From Octopus bimaculoides (lineage: Eukaryota): 64,000 bases of DNA. Below the pieces are notes generated by a model that ran no database searches, had not been told where the DNA came from, and worked only from the letters and a program-made list of their open reading frames with translations. The DNA lies in contig NC_068995.1 in NCBI RefSeq assembly GCF_001194135.2, positions 56,992,706 through 57,056,705 of the forward strand, given 5' to 3'. Of this stretch, positions 51,580 to 64,000 are shown in pieces; position 1 is the first letter of the stretch, and every line of letters starts with the position of its first letter. Made by a program: the position numbers and the translations under genes.

Positions 51580-51910
51580 TCACTGTTAGTTAAATGTTAA
51601 AGTAAAGATGAATTTGTAACCCAGCTGACATAAATGTCTCTTCTCAGTTAGATGTAATGCAGAATAATGACAACTAGTATTATTGCAGATTTGTCTCTTC
51701 AGACTACCAGTAAAAAGACAACCTTTATTAAATTATTAGCACATGTATGGTGAAGATTTATTATAAGCCTTTGGTGGTTAACAAGACCAGCTTTAGAAAA
51801 TCAACAATACACAAGTTAAAAACTTTAAAAATTTTTCAGACAGAGGAAATTTTTTATGTAAGCTGGCTTCAAATTGGCAAAAGAAAATGATCGGAGAAAT
51901 AATGGAAGGT

Positions 51911-51974
51911 TCAGAAAGAATAGAAAACTCTGAAAGACTAGAAGATTCTGAAAGACTAGAAGTCTCTGAAAGAG
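51911..51974. repeat. 18-bp unit x3.5
   Basis: TCAGAAAGAATAGAAAAC / TCTGAAAGACTAGAAGAT / TCTGAAAGACTAGAAGTC / TCTGAAAGAG. Confidence 0.9.
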
Positions 51975-53317
51975 TGTTGATTAATATTATCTTCTTTCCT
52001 CACAGACTAATAACAGGTAAGGTATATAGATATTTTTAAAAATATGTTTAACTAATTTATAGTTAATTCTAATGTACTTAATTCTTATTGTATGTTATTG
52101 TAGGCTTTAAAATGCTTATATTATTAGATTAATATTTTGGTTATAATTTTCTATGTGGACTCCAGTAAATAAGGTTGTCCTGAAATTGAAGTTGGGGTCC
52201 TATTGGTAAAATCCCAAATTTGTAATAATAATATTATATATATACAAAGCTATATACATATAAATATATATATATATATATATANNNNNNNNNNNNNNNN
52301 NNNNNNNNNNNNNNNNNNNNNNNNNNNNNNNNNNNNNNNNNNNNNNNNNNNNNNNNNNNNNNNNNNNNNNNNNNNNNNNNNNNNNNNNNNNNNNNNNNNN
52401 NNNNNNNNNNNNNNNNNNNNNNNNNNNNNNNNNNNNNNNNNNNNNNNNNNNNNNNNNNNNNNNNNNNNNNNNNNNNNNNNNNNNNNNNNNNNNNNNNNNN
52501 NNNNNNNNNNNNNNNNNNNNNNNNNNNNNNNNNNNNNNNNNNNNNNNNNNNNNNNNNNNNNNNNNNNNNNNNNNNNNNNNNNNNNNNNNNNNNNNNNNNN
52601 NNNNNNNNNNNNNNNNNNNNNNNNNNNNNNNNNNNNNNNNNNNNNNNNNNNNNNNNNNNNNNNNNNNNNNNNNNNNNNNNNNNNNNNNNNNNNCTTCTTG
52701 TTTGTCTTCCTTTCATATATATGTATTTTTTACTTGTATTAACAAGTATTTTTTACTTTCTATATTTTTCTTTTTTTTTTCTTAGAGTAGAAGTGTAGAA
52801 TGTGGGGGGAGGGGGACATGTATATTTGTTTAAGGATTTTATTTCATATTTTTGCTGCATTTTTTTATTATTTTTATTTTTAATGTTCTGTTTTTTTTTT
52901 GCTGATGTTGATGATGATGATAGTATTTTTTTTTTATTTTTTACATTTGTGCTTTTTTTATTTTTTTTTATTACCATTTTAGGAATGCTTGTATAATAAT
53001 ATACCAAGAGGATCTGTGCAGGAAATATCACCGCAGCGCATTGCTGCCACGCTTCCCAAGAATACTGTTGACAAGAAAACCGAAATGCAGATCCCATTTT
53101 TAGCAGCTAATTACCTGCCACACACCCTATACACACATACACATACAGGCCTGTATATGATGCATACACACACACACACACACCTTCATGCATACATTAT
53201 GCACATACCTGCACACCTGTTTGCACTCAACAGTTCCGGCACCTTTTCGTTTCCATCATCAAAAATGGTGCATCATCATTTGGGACAGAAGCAACTACAC
53301 AATATTCACTGTAGTGA

Positions 53318-53362
<45 letters not shown>

Positions 53363-53465
53363 CAGCAGTAGTAGTAGTAGTAAGGAAATAGGCTTTACTA
53401 TTTAGTTTCATACTCAACACAACAAAATAAGATATACCGTAAAATAACTTAGCATAGTCATCCTT

Positions 53466-53600
53466 TAAACCAAAGGTTCTCAACGGGGACCATATGCCCT
53501 CCCCACCAGCCTGCAGGGCCATTTGGAGCTCGTGGGGGGAATTGTGGAGCAAATAGGCACTGGTGGAGGAGGCCCTGGGGGGTGGGGGCATTAAAGTTTA
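53466..53600 (+). mobile_element. hAT-like MITE fragment
   Basis: Starts CAAAGGTTCTCAAC (cf. CAGTGGTTCTCAAC) followed by a GC-rich patch. Confidence 0.4.
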
Positions 53601-53660
53601 AACCATAATGCAAAACTGAATAATTGCAATAATCCTTTTTATTATAGGCACACAGCCTTC

Positions 53661-53714
<54 letters not shown>

Positions 53715-54516
53715 GTTTCAAGTTTTGACACAAGGCCAGTAATTTCAGGGCAGGGACTAAGTTGGTTTCGTCAACCCCAGTGTACAGCTGGTACCTATTT
53801 TATGGAAACCTGTTGTATGCGTGTGTGTCCCCACTGCTTGACAACCACTGTTGGTGTATTTACATCACTATAACTTAGTGGTTCAGCAAAAGAAACTGGT
53901 AGAGTAAGCACCAGGCTAAGGAAAAAATGAATACTGGGTTCTAGAACTCATTTGCAGCTGAGTAAACTGAAGCAACAGGAAATGAAGTGTCTTGCTCAAG
54001 AACGCAATGCATTATCCAGTCCAGGAATTGAAACTGCAACCTTATGAGTCTAACATGGGTGATTTAGACAGGCCTGTCATGATGCCGAAAGCTCCAACCA
54101 GCCAGAGTCTAACGTAGTCTCCACGAGGTTCAAGTGAATGAGATTGCAACACGCCCAAGGATTGGATGCCAGCCCATGGCAGGGTTATCTTCCCACCTAT
54201 TGTTGAAACTTACCTACAGCTGAGTGGGCTGAGGCAACATGAAATAAATTGCTGATGCCCTTCCTGGAAACTGAAACTGTGACCTTACAATAATGAGTGC
54301 AACACCCTAAATTCGAGGCCTTTAGACAACATAGGAGGAATGTCAAAAATGAAACTGTGAGGTGCTGACTGTTAGAGAACGCTGCCTGCCGGATTCTTGC
54401 CACCTTTTTTAATTTTGTGTGATTTCACTTTTCTACGATATTTCAAAAGCAAAATAGTTTGGCAACTTTCAATTAAATTCATTTTAAACATGTGTCATAA
54501 CAAACACCACCAGAAC

Positions 54517-54828
54517 AGAGATGGTTGAGTGCTAAGAAGTTTGTATTCCAACCATATGGCTTCAGGTTCAATCCCATTGCATGGCATTTTAGGCCATGTG
54601 TTTTCTACTATAGCCCTGGGCCAACCAATGCCTTGAGAGTGGATCTAACTGGTGGAAAATGAAAGAAGCCCATCATATGTGCATGTGTTTGTGTGTGTGT
54701 GTGTGTAGATTAATAGAATAAGTAGCTGGCATAAAACCAATAAGTACTGAGGTTGATTAGTTCAATTAAAATCCTTCAAGGCAGTGCCCCAGCATGGCCA
54801 CGGTGCAATGAACAAAACAAATGAAAGA
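54517..54828 (+). mobile_element. SINE-A full-length copy
   Basis: Head GGTTCAATCCCATTGC, AATGCCTTGAGAGTGGAT, tail GTGCCCCAGCATGGCCAC. Confidence 0.8.
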
Positions 54829-55490
54829 TGAAAGCCCCCTTAAACGAAGTGTATACACTTGTGCCCCTCTCCTCCTCCTCCTCCCTTACACTGTATACTA
54901 ATCTTTATTTCTCCCTCTCCTCCTCTTCACACCAACCATGCAACCTCTTGACACGACTAAACAGCAAAGTCTGGTCGTTGCAGGTTCTAAGATCACTAAG
55001 AACGGTGACGCCAGTGTCAGATATGGGCATGATCTAGCTTGTCTATTGATTATGGTCGTGGAGAAGCGACATGCCTCAAACTCCACCTCTACTCCCCAGC
55101 ATCCTTCTAAATCATCCCTACCCCACCAAAAAAGAATCAATAGCAACAAAATAAATAAATAAATGGTTAAGTAAAATAAGTGAAAATTATGTGTTAGAAT
55201 GGAAGATGAGTTAGGGTTGCAGCGGCGGAGGTGGTGGCAGCAGGGTGTGTGGGGGGGAAAGTATCATGGGGGTTTACTAGGTTAAAGGCAGTTTTAGGTG
55301 ATCACATATTGGTTTGTCAAGTGAAGGTCACAACCAGGTGACCAGGAAATTGATTTTACATTCTTCAAAATTACTGAGAACCAACGAAACATTACAAAGA
55401 TGAGTTGGGGGGGGATGGGGGCGGGCGGAAATAAATGTGAAGTGAGACATCATCGATGTCGAGTAATTTTAACAAGATGATGATGATGAG

Positions 55491-55522
<32 letters not shown>

Positions 55523-55551
55523 GCATACACACACACACAGAGTATAATCTG

Positions 55552-55609
<58 letters not shown>

Positions 55610-55618
55610 CAGATAGAC

Positions 55619-55653
<35 letters not shown>

Positions 55654-55830
55654 CAGGTAGTGAGGCACATAGGTTGGTAGATACAGAGACAGACAGATAG
55701 ATAGGTAGGGAGGTACATAGGTTGGTAGGCAGATGGATAGATAGATTAGACTGGGTAGATTAGATAGACAAACAGACAGATTAGAGAGATCCTGTCACCA
55801 TCCAAACCTATGCCAGCTTTGAACATTGAC

Positions 55831-55884
55831 ATTAAATGATAATGGAGATTAAATGATAATGGATTAAATGATAATGGAGATTAC
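55831..55884. repeat. 15-17 bp unit x3 (amplified SINE-B-like tail)
   Basis: ATTAAATGATAATGG(AG) x3 directly after CCTATGCCAGC...GAC. Confidence 0.75.
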
Positions 55885-56027
55885 ATATCTAAATAAATGC
55901 TTAGTTCCAAATAACTGTAATGGTGAGACGTACATAGGAACGAAAGATCTATTCTAGTGTGTTTATCTTAGTCTTCCACTACACACACACACACACACAG
56001 ATATATATAGATATATAATTTATTTTT

Positions 56028-56140
56028 TATTTGTTTCAGCCACATCACCGTGGCCATGCTAGGGCACATCCTTGAAAGGTTCCTTAGTCAAACAAATCAA
56101 CCCCAGTACTTATTGTTTGTAAGCCTAGTACTTATTCTAT
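56028..56140 (-). mobile_element. SINE-A 3' end abutting the PLE fragment
   Basis: TTGTTTCAGCC...GGCCATGCTAGGGCAC...CCCCAGTACTTATT.TTTGTAAGCCTAGTACTTATTCTATC. Confidence 0.75.
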
Positions 56141-56142
56141 CC

Positions 56143-56340
56143 AACTCCTTCACCTGCACTTCTACCAATGTCATCTACTGCATCTCCTGCTCTCTCTGCC
56201 CTTCTCTACACATCAGGCAAACGGGACACCGCTTGGCTGACCAGTTTGCTGAACACCTCTGAGACATCCGACTCAGCAATGACACCCCAGTCTCGCGCCA
56301 TTTCCGCTCTACCGGTCACTCTTTGCAACACCTGTCCATA
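56143..56340 (+). mobile_element. Second Penelope-like element GIY-YIG fragment (Poseidon/Neptune-type)
   Basis: NSFTCTSTNVIYCISCSLCPSLHIRQTGHRLADQFAEHL*DIRLSNDTPVSRHFRSTGHSLQHLS matches the PLE endonuclease FTC.S.NVIYCI.C..C..YIG.T.R.L..RF.EH...PV..HF....HS. One in-frame TGA, probably from CGA. Confidence 0.9.
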
Positions 56341-58969
56341 TATATATATAAATTTCATATATATATNNNNNNNNNNNNNNNNNNNNNNNNNNNNNNNNNN
56401 NNNNNNNNNNNNNNNNNNNNNNNNNNNNNNNNNNNNNNNNNNNNNNNNNNNNNNNNNNNNNNNNNNNNNNNNNNNNNNNNNNNNNNNNNNNNNNNNNNNN
56501 NNNNNNNNNNNNNNNNNNNNNNNNNNNNNNNNNNNNNNNNNNNNNNNNNNNNNNNNNNNNNNNNNNNNNNNNNNNNNNNNNNNNNNNNNNNNNNNNNNNN
56601 NNNNNNNNNNNNNNNNNNNNNNNNNNNNNNNNNNNNNNNNNNNNNNNNNNNNNNNNNNNNNNNNNNNNNNNNNNNNNNNNNNNNNNNNNNNNNNNNNNNN
56701 NNNNNNNNNNNNNNNNNNNNNNNNNNNNNNNNNNNNNNNNNNNNNNNNNNNNNNNNNNNNNNNNNNNNNNNNNNNNNNNNNNNNNNNNNNNNNNNNNNNN
56801 NNNNNNNNNNNNNNNNNNNNNNNNNNNNNNNNNNNNNNNNNNNNNNNNNNNNNNNNNNNNNNNNNNNNNGCAGCAATATATTTCTTTTTAAGTACACTGT
56901 TGCACTGCTTTCATTGCTAACTACTGGTAGGATTTTTCTGATGAAATTTAAACTAAAGTACTCTTTATTTCCAAGCAAAAATTTATATTAATTTTTTTGT
57001 TTACATATTTATTTAATTTTTTCATGATGCTATTTTTTTGTTTTCTTTCCTCTTAAGTTTATTTATTTATTTATATTTTTTGTTGTTGTTGTTGTTGTTA
57101 TATGTTGTAATCAAAATGTCATTCAGTTTTTAAAGACAATTACTAATTTTCTTTAAAGTCATTAGAAATATTTAATGTTTTGCAAAAGTAGAAGAGTAGG
57201 CAAGCGGCAAGCGTGTGTTGAGTGTGTTTGTCGTACTAAGACTAATAATAATAATAATGATAATAAGCTAAACAATAAAAAAATGATTACTATCTTTAAG
57301 TTTGGCATTTGAGAATATTTCTCTTGACAAAAAGCCAAATAGAAAAAAAAATGTTTAAATTAAAATTAGAAGAAAATTATTTTCAACAAAAGTGAAATTA
57401 TTAAATTGAAGAATTATAATTATGAAGAGAGAGAGAGAGAGTTATTGTTCTTGGAGAATTATTTTACCATTATTTTCCCTATAAATGCGAATCACCCAAA
57501 CAAGCTGTAAGACTGAAAAACTAGAGAGAGATCCCATTGTATAATAAGTTGAGAAATATAAATGATATTATTAATCTTAATGATAATATAACAAAAGGAA
57601 ATGATAATAATAATACAATGATGATAATAATAATAATCAGATAACTAATAATAACAACAATAATAGCATCAATAACAATAATGAAGTTTGGATGTTCGGA
57701 TACAAAGAACGAAGGAATGCTGGCGAACAACTATGCAACTCTAAACCAACCGATCCAGGGGATAGCGTAGAGAAAATGATATCAAACTGCATTTTAAAAA
57801 TATGGAGTAGGGTGGAGGGATGAGTGGAGGAGTGGAGGTAGAAAGATTGAAAAAAAAAATAGTAAGAAATGAAAACAAAGTTTATAAGTTTTGTTATAAA
57901 AGTTGTGTTATATTATTTTCATTTTTTTTTTCTGCTTATTTTAATTTTTGATTTATTTTTTTATATTTCAAAATTTTGCACATTGAAAAAAGAAAAAGAA
58001 AATATCATTAAACACAGTCCTAATGCTTTATTCTCTCTTCCTTTCTCTCTTTCTCTTTTTTAGTCATTGTTAAATACAAATTCTTCATTTTTCTGAAATG
58101 TCACACAGCACAGTAATGGTAAATTTGTCTTTGAACATACTTGAGAAGGAGCGTGGATCTCTTCTAATAATAATAAATAGCCATTTCTTCTATCTTACTA
58201 GAGTTTTACAATCTTCATCTTTTATTTCTAATTATTCAGACATTAACATTTCTTTCAATCTTATAATAATAATAATAACTATAATAATAATAATAATAAT
58301 AATAATGATGATGATGATGATGATGATAATAATAATAATAATAAAATATTTTTCTTCTTTTTGGCTTTTTACAATTAAAATAATGATCTTCTTTTGTTTA
58401 GATACAAGTCTAAATCTCTATAGGAGACAGAGATATGTAGTCAACAAAATCAACCCCCAGTATACAACTGCTATTTACTTCATCAAACGCCACCCCCTGC
58501 TAAATGAATGAAAGAATATGTTGAAGTTGATCCAACAAAATTTCTTAATTCAATATGTTAAAAAATGTAAAAGTAAAAACATGACAAAATGCAATTAAAT
58601 ATTTGGTTCATTTATGTTTAATTTAATTTAGTCATCATCTCTTATACCAATGAAAATTATCAACGCCATCATTGTTGTCATCATCAATACCAGCATCAAC
58701 TTTGCTTTCCATTCTTCAGAAATGGCGGGGGTTGGGGGTAGGCACTGTTAGAACTAGTCAAGTATTGATGCTGATGCAATCACCAAAGGTCCAATATCAA
58801 TTTTTCCAGAACTTCTTTTCAAACAAGGAATGGTCATAATGAATTAACCAAATATTAAATTTACTTATATCATTAAGTGAAATACAGGTACCTGTATATT
58901 AGAATAAAAAATATAAAGCTTCTTGTACTGTGCAATGTACCAGTAAACTAGTCTGGTGACTATTGTAAT

Positions 58970-59183
58970 TTAAACCTTTCGATACCAATCCATCTTAGGC
59001 TGCCTTTGCTTTTTGTGATACAAAATTCCTGTTTAAATTGATTGAAATTAAAACATTCCCTCAACTTGATGTTAATTTATGTTCCAAAGACCAGTTTAGA
59101 AAATGGCAAAAATTTTACCAAATTCTTCATTATTTTCAAGATTAGTTGAAACAAATTAATGGAAATGGTAACAAAAGGATTAA
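58970..59183. mobile_element. piggyBac-like MITE (TTAA-flanked)
   Basis: TTAA-ACCTTTCGATACC ... GGTAACAAAAGGA-TTAA. A related inverted copy lies at about 14490-14690. Confidence 0.6.
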
Positions 59184-60258
59184 AGTTCCTGCTCATAGAT
59201 TAGTGTCAGTGATAAGAGATTCTGACCACAAACATTCAGAAATTTGGTGCTGTACCTGTATCACAAGTGACATAAAGCAAATATTGTGTTGAGTCCTTAG
59301 GCTCATAGAGTTGGTGACCCAGTTTCCATGACATCTGAGTGACTAAGATCACAACATTCCCCTAGAACAGAATGCCAGGCCATCAATGAGTTACTCTCAC
59401 TTACAGCTGAGTGGACTGGGGCGATATAAGCTGAAGTATTTTGCTCAGAAACACAATGCACCTCCTGGTCCAGTGGGATTTGAACAATGTTAGAAATAAT
59501 TCTTTCAAATCTTGGAGCAAGGTCAACAATTTTGAGAGGAGGGGCTACGTTAATTGCATCAACCTGGGGCTAGAGTAGAAGGCACATGCCCTTCGTGCCA
59601 TGCAGTGGGACTGAACCAGAGACCATATGATTGGAAAGCCACCTTGCTACAACACATCCATGTATGTACCTGATATCCGGCATAGATGTTCCAACAATTC
59701 TTCTAATCCCCTTTGTATGTTATTTTATTGGCCCTGAACGGAGGCAAAACAAATCTGACCTCAACAAGATTTGAACTCAATGAGTGCAGAGACAGTCAAA
59801 GGAAATACTGCATGGTTCTTTCTCTTACCTCCTCCCCCACTTCTGCTTTAATGAGTTAATTCATTTAATTAATTTACTACTTAGAAACCATTAAGAACGA
59901 GAGGAAGGCGGAAAGAGGCACAGGGGAAAAGGTAAAGCACAACAACCGAGTACAAGGAGACCTAATATTACGGTGAGACTATTGGGAAGTGGGGCACATG
60001 AGAAAGGAGCAGGGTGAGGGAGAGAGAGAGAGAGAGGTGGGAGGTGGATTCATTGAGTGGGTGTCGGAGATGGTTACTGAGTGCAATGGATGCAGTGAGA
60101 AGAGTATTATTTAACAGGTGGCTGGGAAGGTAATGTATGGGTGGTCTTCGACAGAAAGTGGGTGTGGCTAAGATGAGTGTGAGATGGGGTAAGAGAGAGA
60201 GGGATGTTCAGAGTGCAAAGATCATCAGCTGAGTGGTGGGGAGAGGAATGAGAGACAG

Positions 60259-60307
<49 letters not shown>

Positions 60308-60370
60308 AGAGAGAGACAGAAGGTGTTTGTATCCAATTTGACAGGTAGTAAAATTAAATAGGAAAGGTAT

Positions 60371-60404
<34 letters not shown>

Positions 60405-60487
60405 GTAGATGAGTGGTATAGAAGGTAGAAAACAAGAGACAGACAAGGAAGAGAAACACTGATACACAAAGCAAATAATGCCTATGC

Positions 60488-60519
<32 letters not shown>

Positions 60520-60625
60520 TAGACACACACGCACACACAGACAAAGAGTGAGAGATGGTGTAAAATAGATTTACATATGTATGTGTGTGTGTGTATATAC
60601 ATGTATGAATGTATGTATATATGAT

Positions 60626-61005
60626 GGCTTATCTTTTGCCTTTGACCGGCTGCAGTCATTGGACTGCAGCCCCTGCTGGGGTATCGTCATGAATGGTTTA
60701 GTCAAACAGTTCAACCCCAATAAGTTGGGGTTCTTTTTCCCCTTTTCTCTTTTCCTCCCCTTTTTTAAGGCTGGTCCTTATTCCATAAAACAGACCAATA
60801 CTTGTGGTCAAAAAGTAGTGCAGGACAAATTCAAACACATATGTACATATATATATATGATGGGCTTCTGTACAGTTTCCATCTACGAAACTCAATAAAA
60901 AGGCATTTGTTAGATGAGGGCTATAGCAGAAGATAATTTCCCATGGTGCTGTGCTGTGGGACTGAACTTGAAACCATGTGGTTGCAAATTGAGCCTCGTG
61001 ACCAC
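60626..61005 (-). mobile_element. SINE-A full-length copy
   Basis: Reverse tail (CAGTCATTGGACTGCAGCC), (TA)n linker and head (GGGACTGAACTTGAAACCATGTGG). Confidence 0.75.
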
Positions 61006-61399
61006 CCAATCATGTTTGTGCCTCTCTGTGTGGGTGTGTGTGTGTCCCCATTAATCAATGGTGATTTCCACAAGGATTCCAGTCACCATATCGAACTAGG
61101 CAGTCAACTAATACACTGAATCAGGAGTGTAAGTGGTTGAGTATTCCAACGTGATGTTTACGCTTAAGCTAATCCTCTGGTGGAATCAGTAAGACATAAC
61201 ATGTGACAAAGCTGATTCTTTTCAAATAATGACACATCCCACATTTGGCCAATTCCACTCGCAGGAAGTAAGTGGTTGAGCCAAGACTTAAGGGGAGAGA
61301 AATCTTGTCCAAACTGTCATTCGGTGGGTTTGAACCCTGAAATTTCATGATTGCAAAGCAAACTATTTAACCACTTGGCCATTCTTTTATCCTAAGCAT

Positions 61400-61437
<38 letters not shown>

Positions 61438-61669
61438 TCATTGAGGAAGAGGGAATAGGGGACTGAGAGAGAGAGAGAGAGAGAGAGTGAGTTGTTGACT
61501 GTTTTACTAATCCCTGTTTTGTGCCTTTAACAACAAGATAGGAAAACTTCATAAGACAGCAGCATCCAGAAAGTTTTGAAATATAGAATTTGTGGAGAGT
61601 TAGGGATTTGAACAAACAAACAACAACGAAGTAAACAACCAACGAAGACAAACATTAAGAGCCGTTAAG

Positions 61670-61830
61670 CCAAGAGTTTCCCCCATTGCATTCCGCCAAG
61701 GAAATTCACTCACAAAATGTTGGTTGGCTGAGGGTTATAGTAGAAGACATTTGCCAAAGATGCCGTTCTTTGGAATTGAACCCCAAACCACATTGTTACA
61801 AAGTGAGATTCTTAACTATACAGTCATGTA
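61670..61830 (-). mobile_element. SINE-A 5' half
   Basis: AATTCACTCACAA...GGTTATAGTAGAAGACATTTGCC...GGAATTGAACCCC. Another head lies at about 59575-59660 (-) and a tail at about 53805-53935 (+). Confidence 0.7.
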
Positions 61831-62869
61831 AATAATTAACATGAGCCATGGAAAAAGAGAAAGAAGAAAGAGGGAAGGAGATGTCTAATGAAAGGGTAAA
61901 CTGGGAGAGAAAGTGAGATGATGATGATGATGATGATGAACATCAATAAAGAGAGAAAACAAAAAAGTTAGGGAAGGAGGGGAGGAGAGGGGAAACTGAA
62001 ATGAGAATGAAGAAGGATAAATGTCAAGAAAGAGTAAAAGAAAAGAGACCAAGAGGGAGAGGGAGAGATAGAGAAAGAGAAGCAGAGAGAGAGAAACATG
62101 TGGGAGGAGTCAGAGAAGGAAACAGGAAGAAGAGACAGCATGATAAAGATGGTGTGATATGTCTCAAGAATGAGAAGAACTTGTCATAAATGTTAAAATT
62201 AGAGCACAATCTGTCAAGATATGAGAATTTGATCATACACGTAAGAGGGCTTCCCTCTCTGTGTCTGTGTGTTTATACTTGTAGGGATGCCTTTAGTCAT
62301 TTCTGGATGTGCAGACATTCATTACTATTTTTAGATTTAATATTTTTTACATATATATGTATGAATGTATGTGTGTGTGTGTGTGTGTGTATGTACATAC
62401 ATATACATAACAGATTATATTAAGCTGATGATTTCTAAGAAGGATGAAATAGTGCTATACATGATTCCTTCTAATTACAAATTTTTAAGAACTTCTCAAT
62501 AAGCAAGCAACACAAAAAAATTAATTAATTAATATGTGAATTCTATGTATCTTTGTTCTTATTCCTTAATTTCAAATTCAAATCTGAAAATTCACCAAAT
62601 ATTATGGTTGTCAAGTAGTGAGAGGCACACACATACACACACACACACTATACTCATACAAAGAACCTCTGCACAATTTTCATCTACTGGCTCCCATGCC
62701 AGTAGCATGTAAAATATGGCCTCATGTCCATATTTAGGTGAACACACACACACACATTCCCATAGACAAACACACACACACACATAGAGAGATACACACA
62801 TTTACATACCAAGACATTTACATAGAGATGTGTATGCACAAATTTCGGGCCTTGTACCTCGAGTAGAAA

Positions 62870-63250
62870 AGATTATCATTTAATATCTCTGTTCCATGCT
62901 GAAATGGGTTGGATGGATTGACAGGATTGAATAGGTCCAAGAACCACATCATGCACCAGTGTTGGTTCGGCATGGTTTCTACAACTAGATGCCCTTCCTA
63001 ACACAAACCACTTTATATTGTATATTATGGTTGCATAATGAAATACCATGTACATACAAGTCCTTAAACTTTACAGAGAGTACCAGGTGCCTTTTCTTGT
63101 GCTACTAGCTCTAGTGAGGTTGCCACACAGCTCACAAGCTTCTGGAGCCCAAGGGGCAGGGGCTTTATCCCAGCAGATGAGGGTTACGGTATGAAAGAAT
63201 GAGTAGGGCAGGGGATCTTTCTTGTTGTAGGGGAGTGACATGGCTGCTCA
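62870..63250 (-). mobile_element. SINE-B-related copy
   Basis: TTCCATGCTGAAATGGGTTGGATGG...TTTCTACAACTAGATGCCCTTCCTAACAC. Confidence 0.65.
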
Positions 63251-64000
63251 CATTTAACAAATGAATCAGTGTTATCTGTGGAGATATAAATAGTGGCTAT
63301 GAGATATCAATTAGGTAACACAGGAATGGTATTGTACTCAGAAATTAGCAGAGTCTGGAGAGCTTACCAGAAGATGGAAGGCGGGAGGGACTGTGTCACT
63401 GGTCAATTATCTTGTCCCTTCTCATTCTATGTATGCCCACATGTAGATATTTTTATTTAAATGTGGATAGTATACGTGTATACACAACATGTAGCATCGT
63501 ACACACCTTCTGTCCTAGGAATCTTATAGAATTTCAAACATAAAACATGTTTCCATGTTGAATTGCTTATAGAGCATACAGTTTTTAACTTCGAACAATC
63601 CTAGTTTATTAATAATATTAATAAATAAATATTGCACAAACACACACATACATCTTTGTATATTGCTCTATACATTCACAAATGGATGTGTGTATGTTTT
63701 TTTATTTATGTGTGTGTGTGTGTGCATTTGTTTGTGTATGTACATATACAGTGGAGTGAGTACAATCTAGAATTCTGTTTCTGTAATTCAGACTGAAGGA
63801 ATTGAGAAACACCCCTGGGATTAGTTTGGCTGACCAATGAGAATACAGACGTACACATACTCATGTATATTCATATACTCTCACACACATTGAAAATGTA
63901 CAAATACTTTTAATTTTTTTGCTTTTTTTGTTTTGTTTCTGCATTTAGCTTCCTGGAGCAATGGAAGTGTTAAAGTCCCAAAGGAAATTAACCACAAAAG

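Noticed and set aside
54930-55080. CpG-containing island with LRR-like ISDTGVTVLS (minus) and 69-83 aa ORFs
   Set aside because: Upstream stop, no consistent splice sites, no repeat periodicity.

Overview
AT-rich eukaryotic genomic DNA with no long intact ORF. The SINE/MITE families and extreme microsatellite density look like Octopus (recognised from memory, no database search), from a gapped assembly (13 N-runs, about 4.7 kb). Nearly all ORF-track entries come from microsatellites or N-runs. The window is mostly intron or intergenic sequence. It holds four tRNA-type or RTE-tailed SINE families, mariner/hAT/piggyBac-like MITEs, one clear RTE (Expander/Rex3-like) LINE 3' fragment, and two different Penelope-like (GIY-YIG) fragments. 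The best finding is a type-I hammerhead ribozyme with an intact catalytic core on the minus strand (28798-28842), plus a decayed hammerhead in a Penelope-type terminal repeat (43823-43857). Other findings are six perfect copies of a 43-bp SINE tail and a 204-bp fold-back hairpin. More speculatively, a minus-strand signal-peptide exon (22823-22928) is followed by 8-18 nt microexon candidates that splice into an open frame. No gene could be named. Repeat boundaries are by eye (about +/-10-20 bp).
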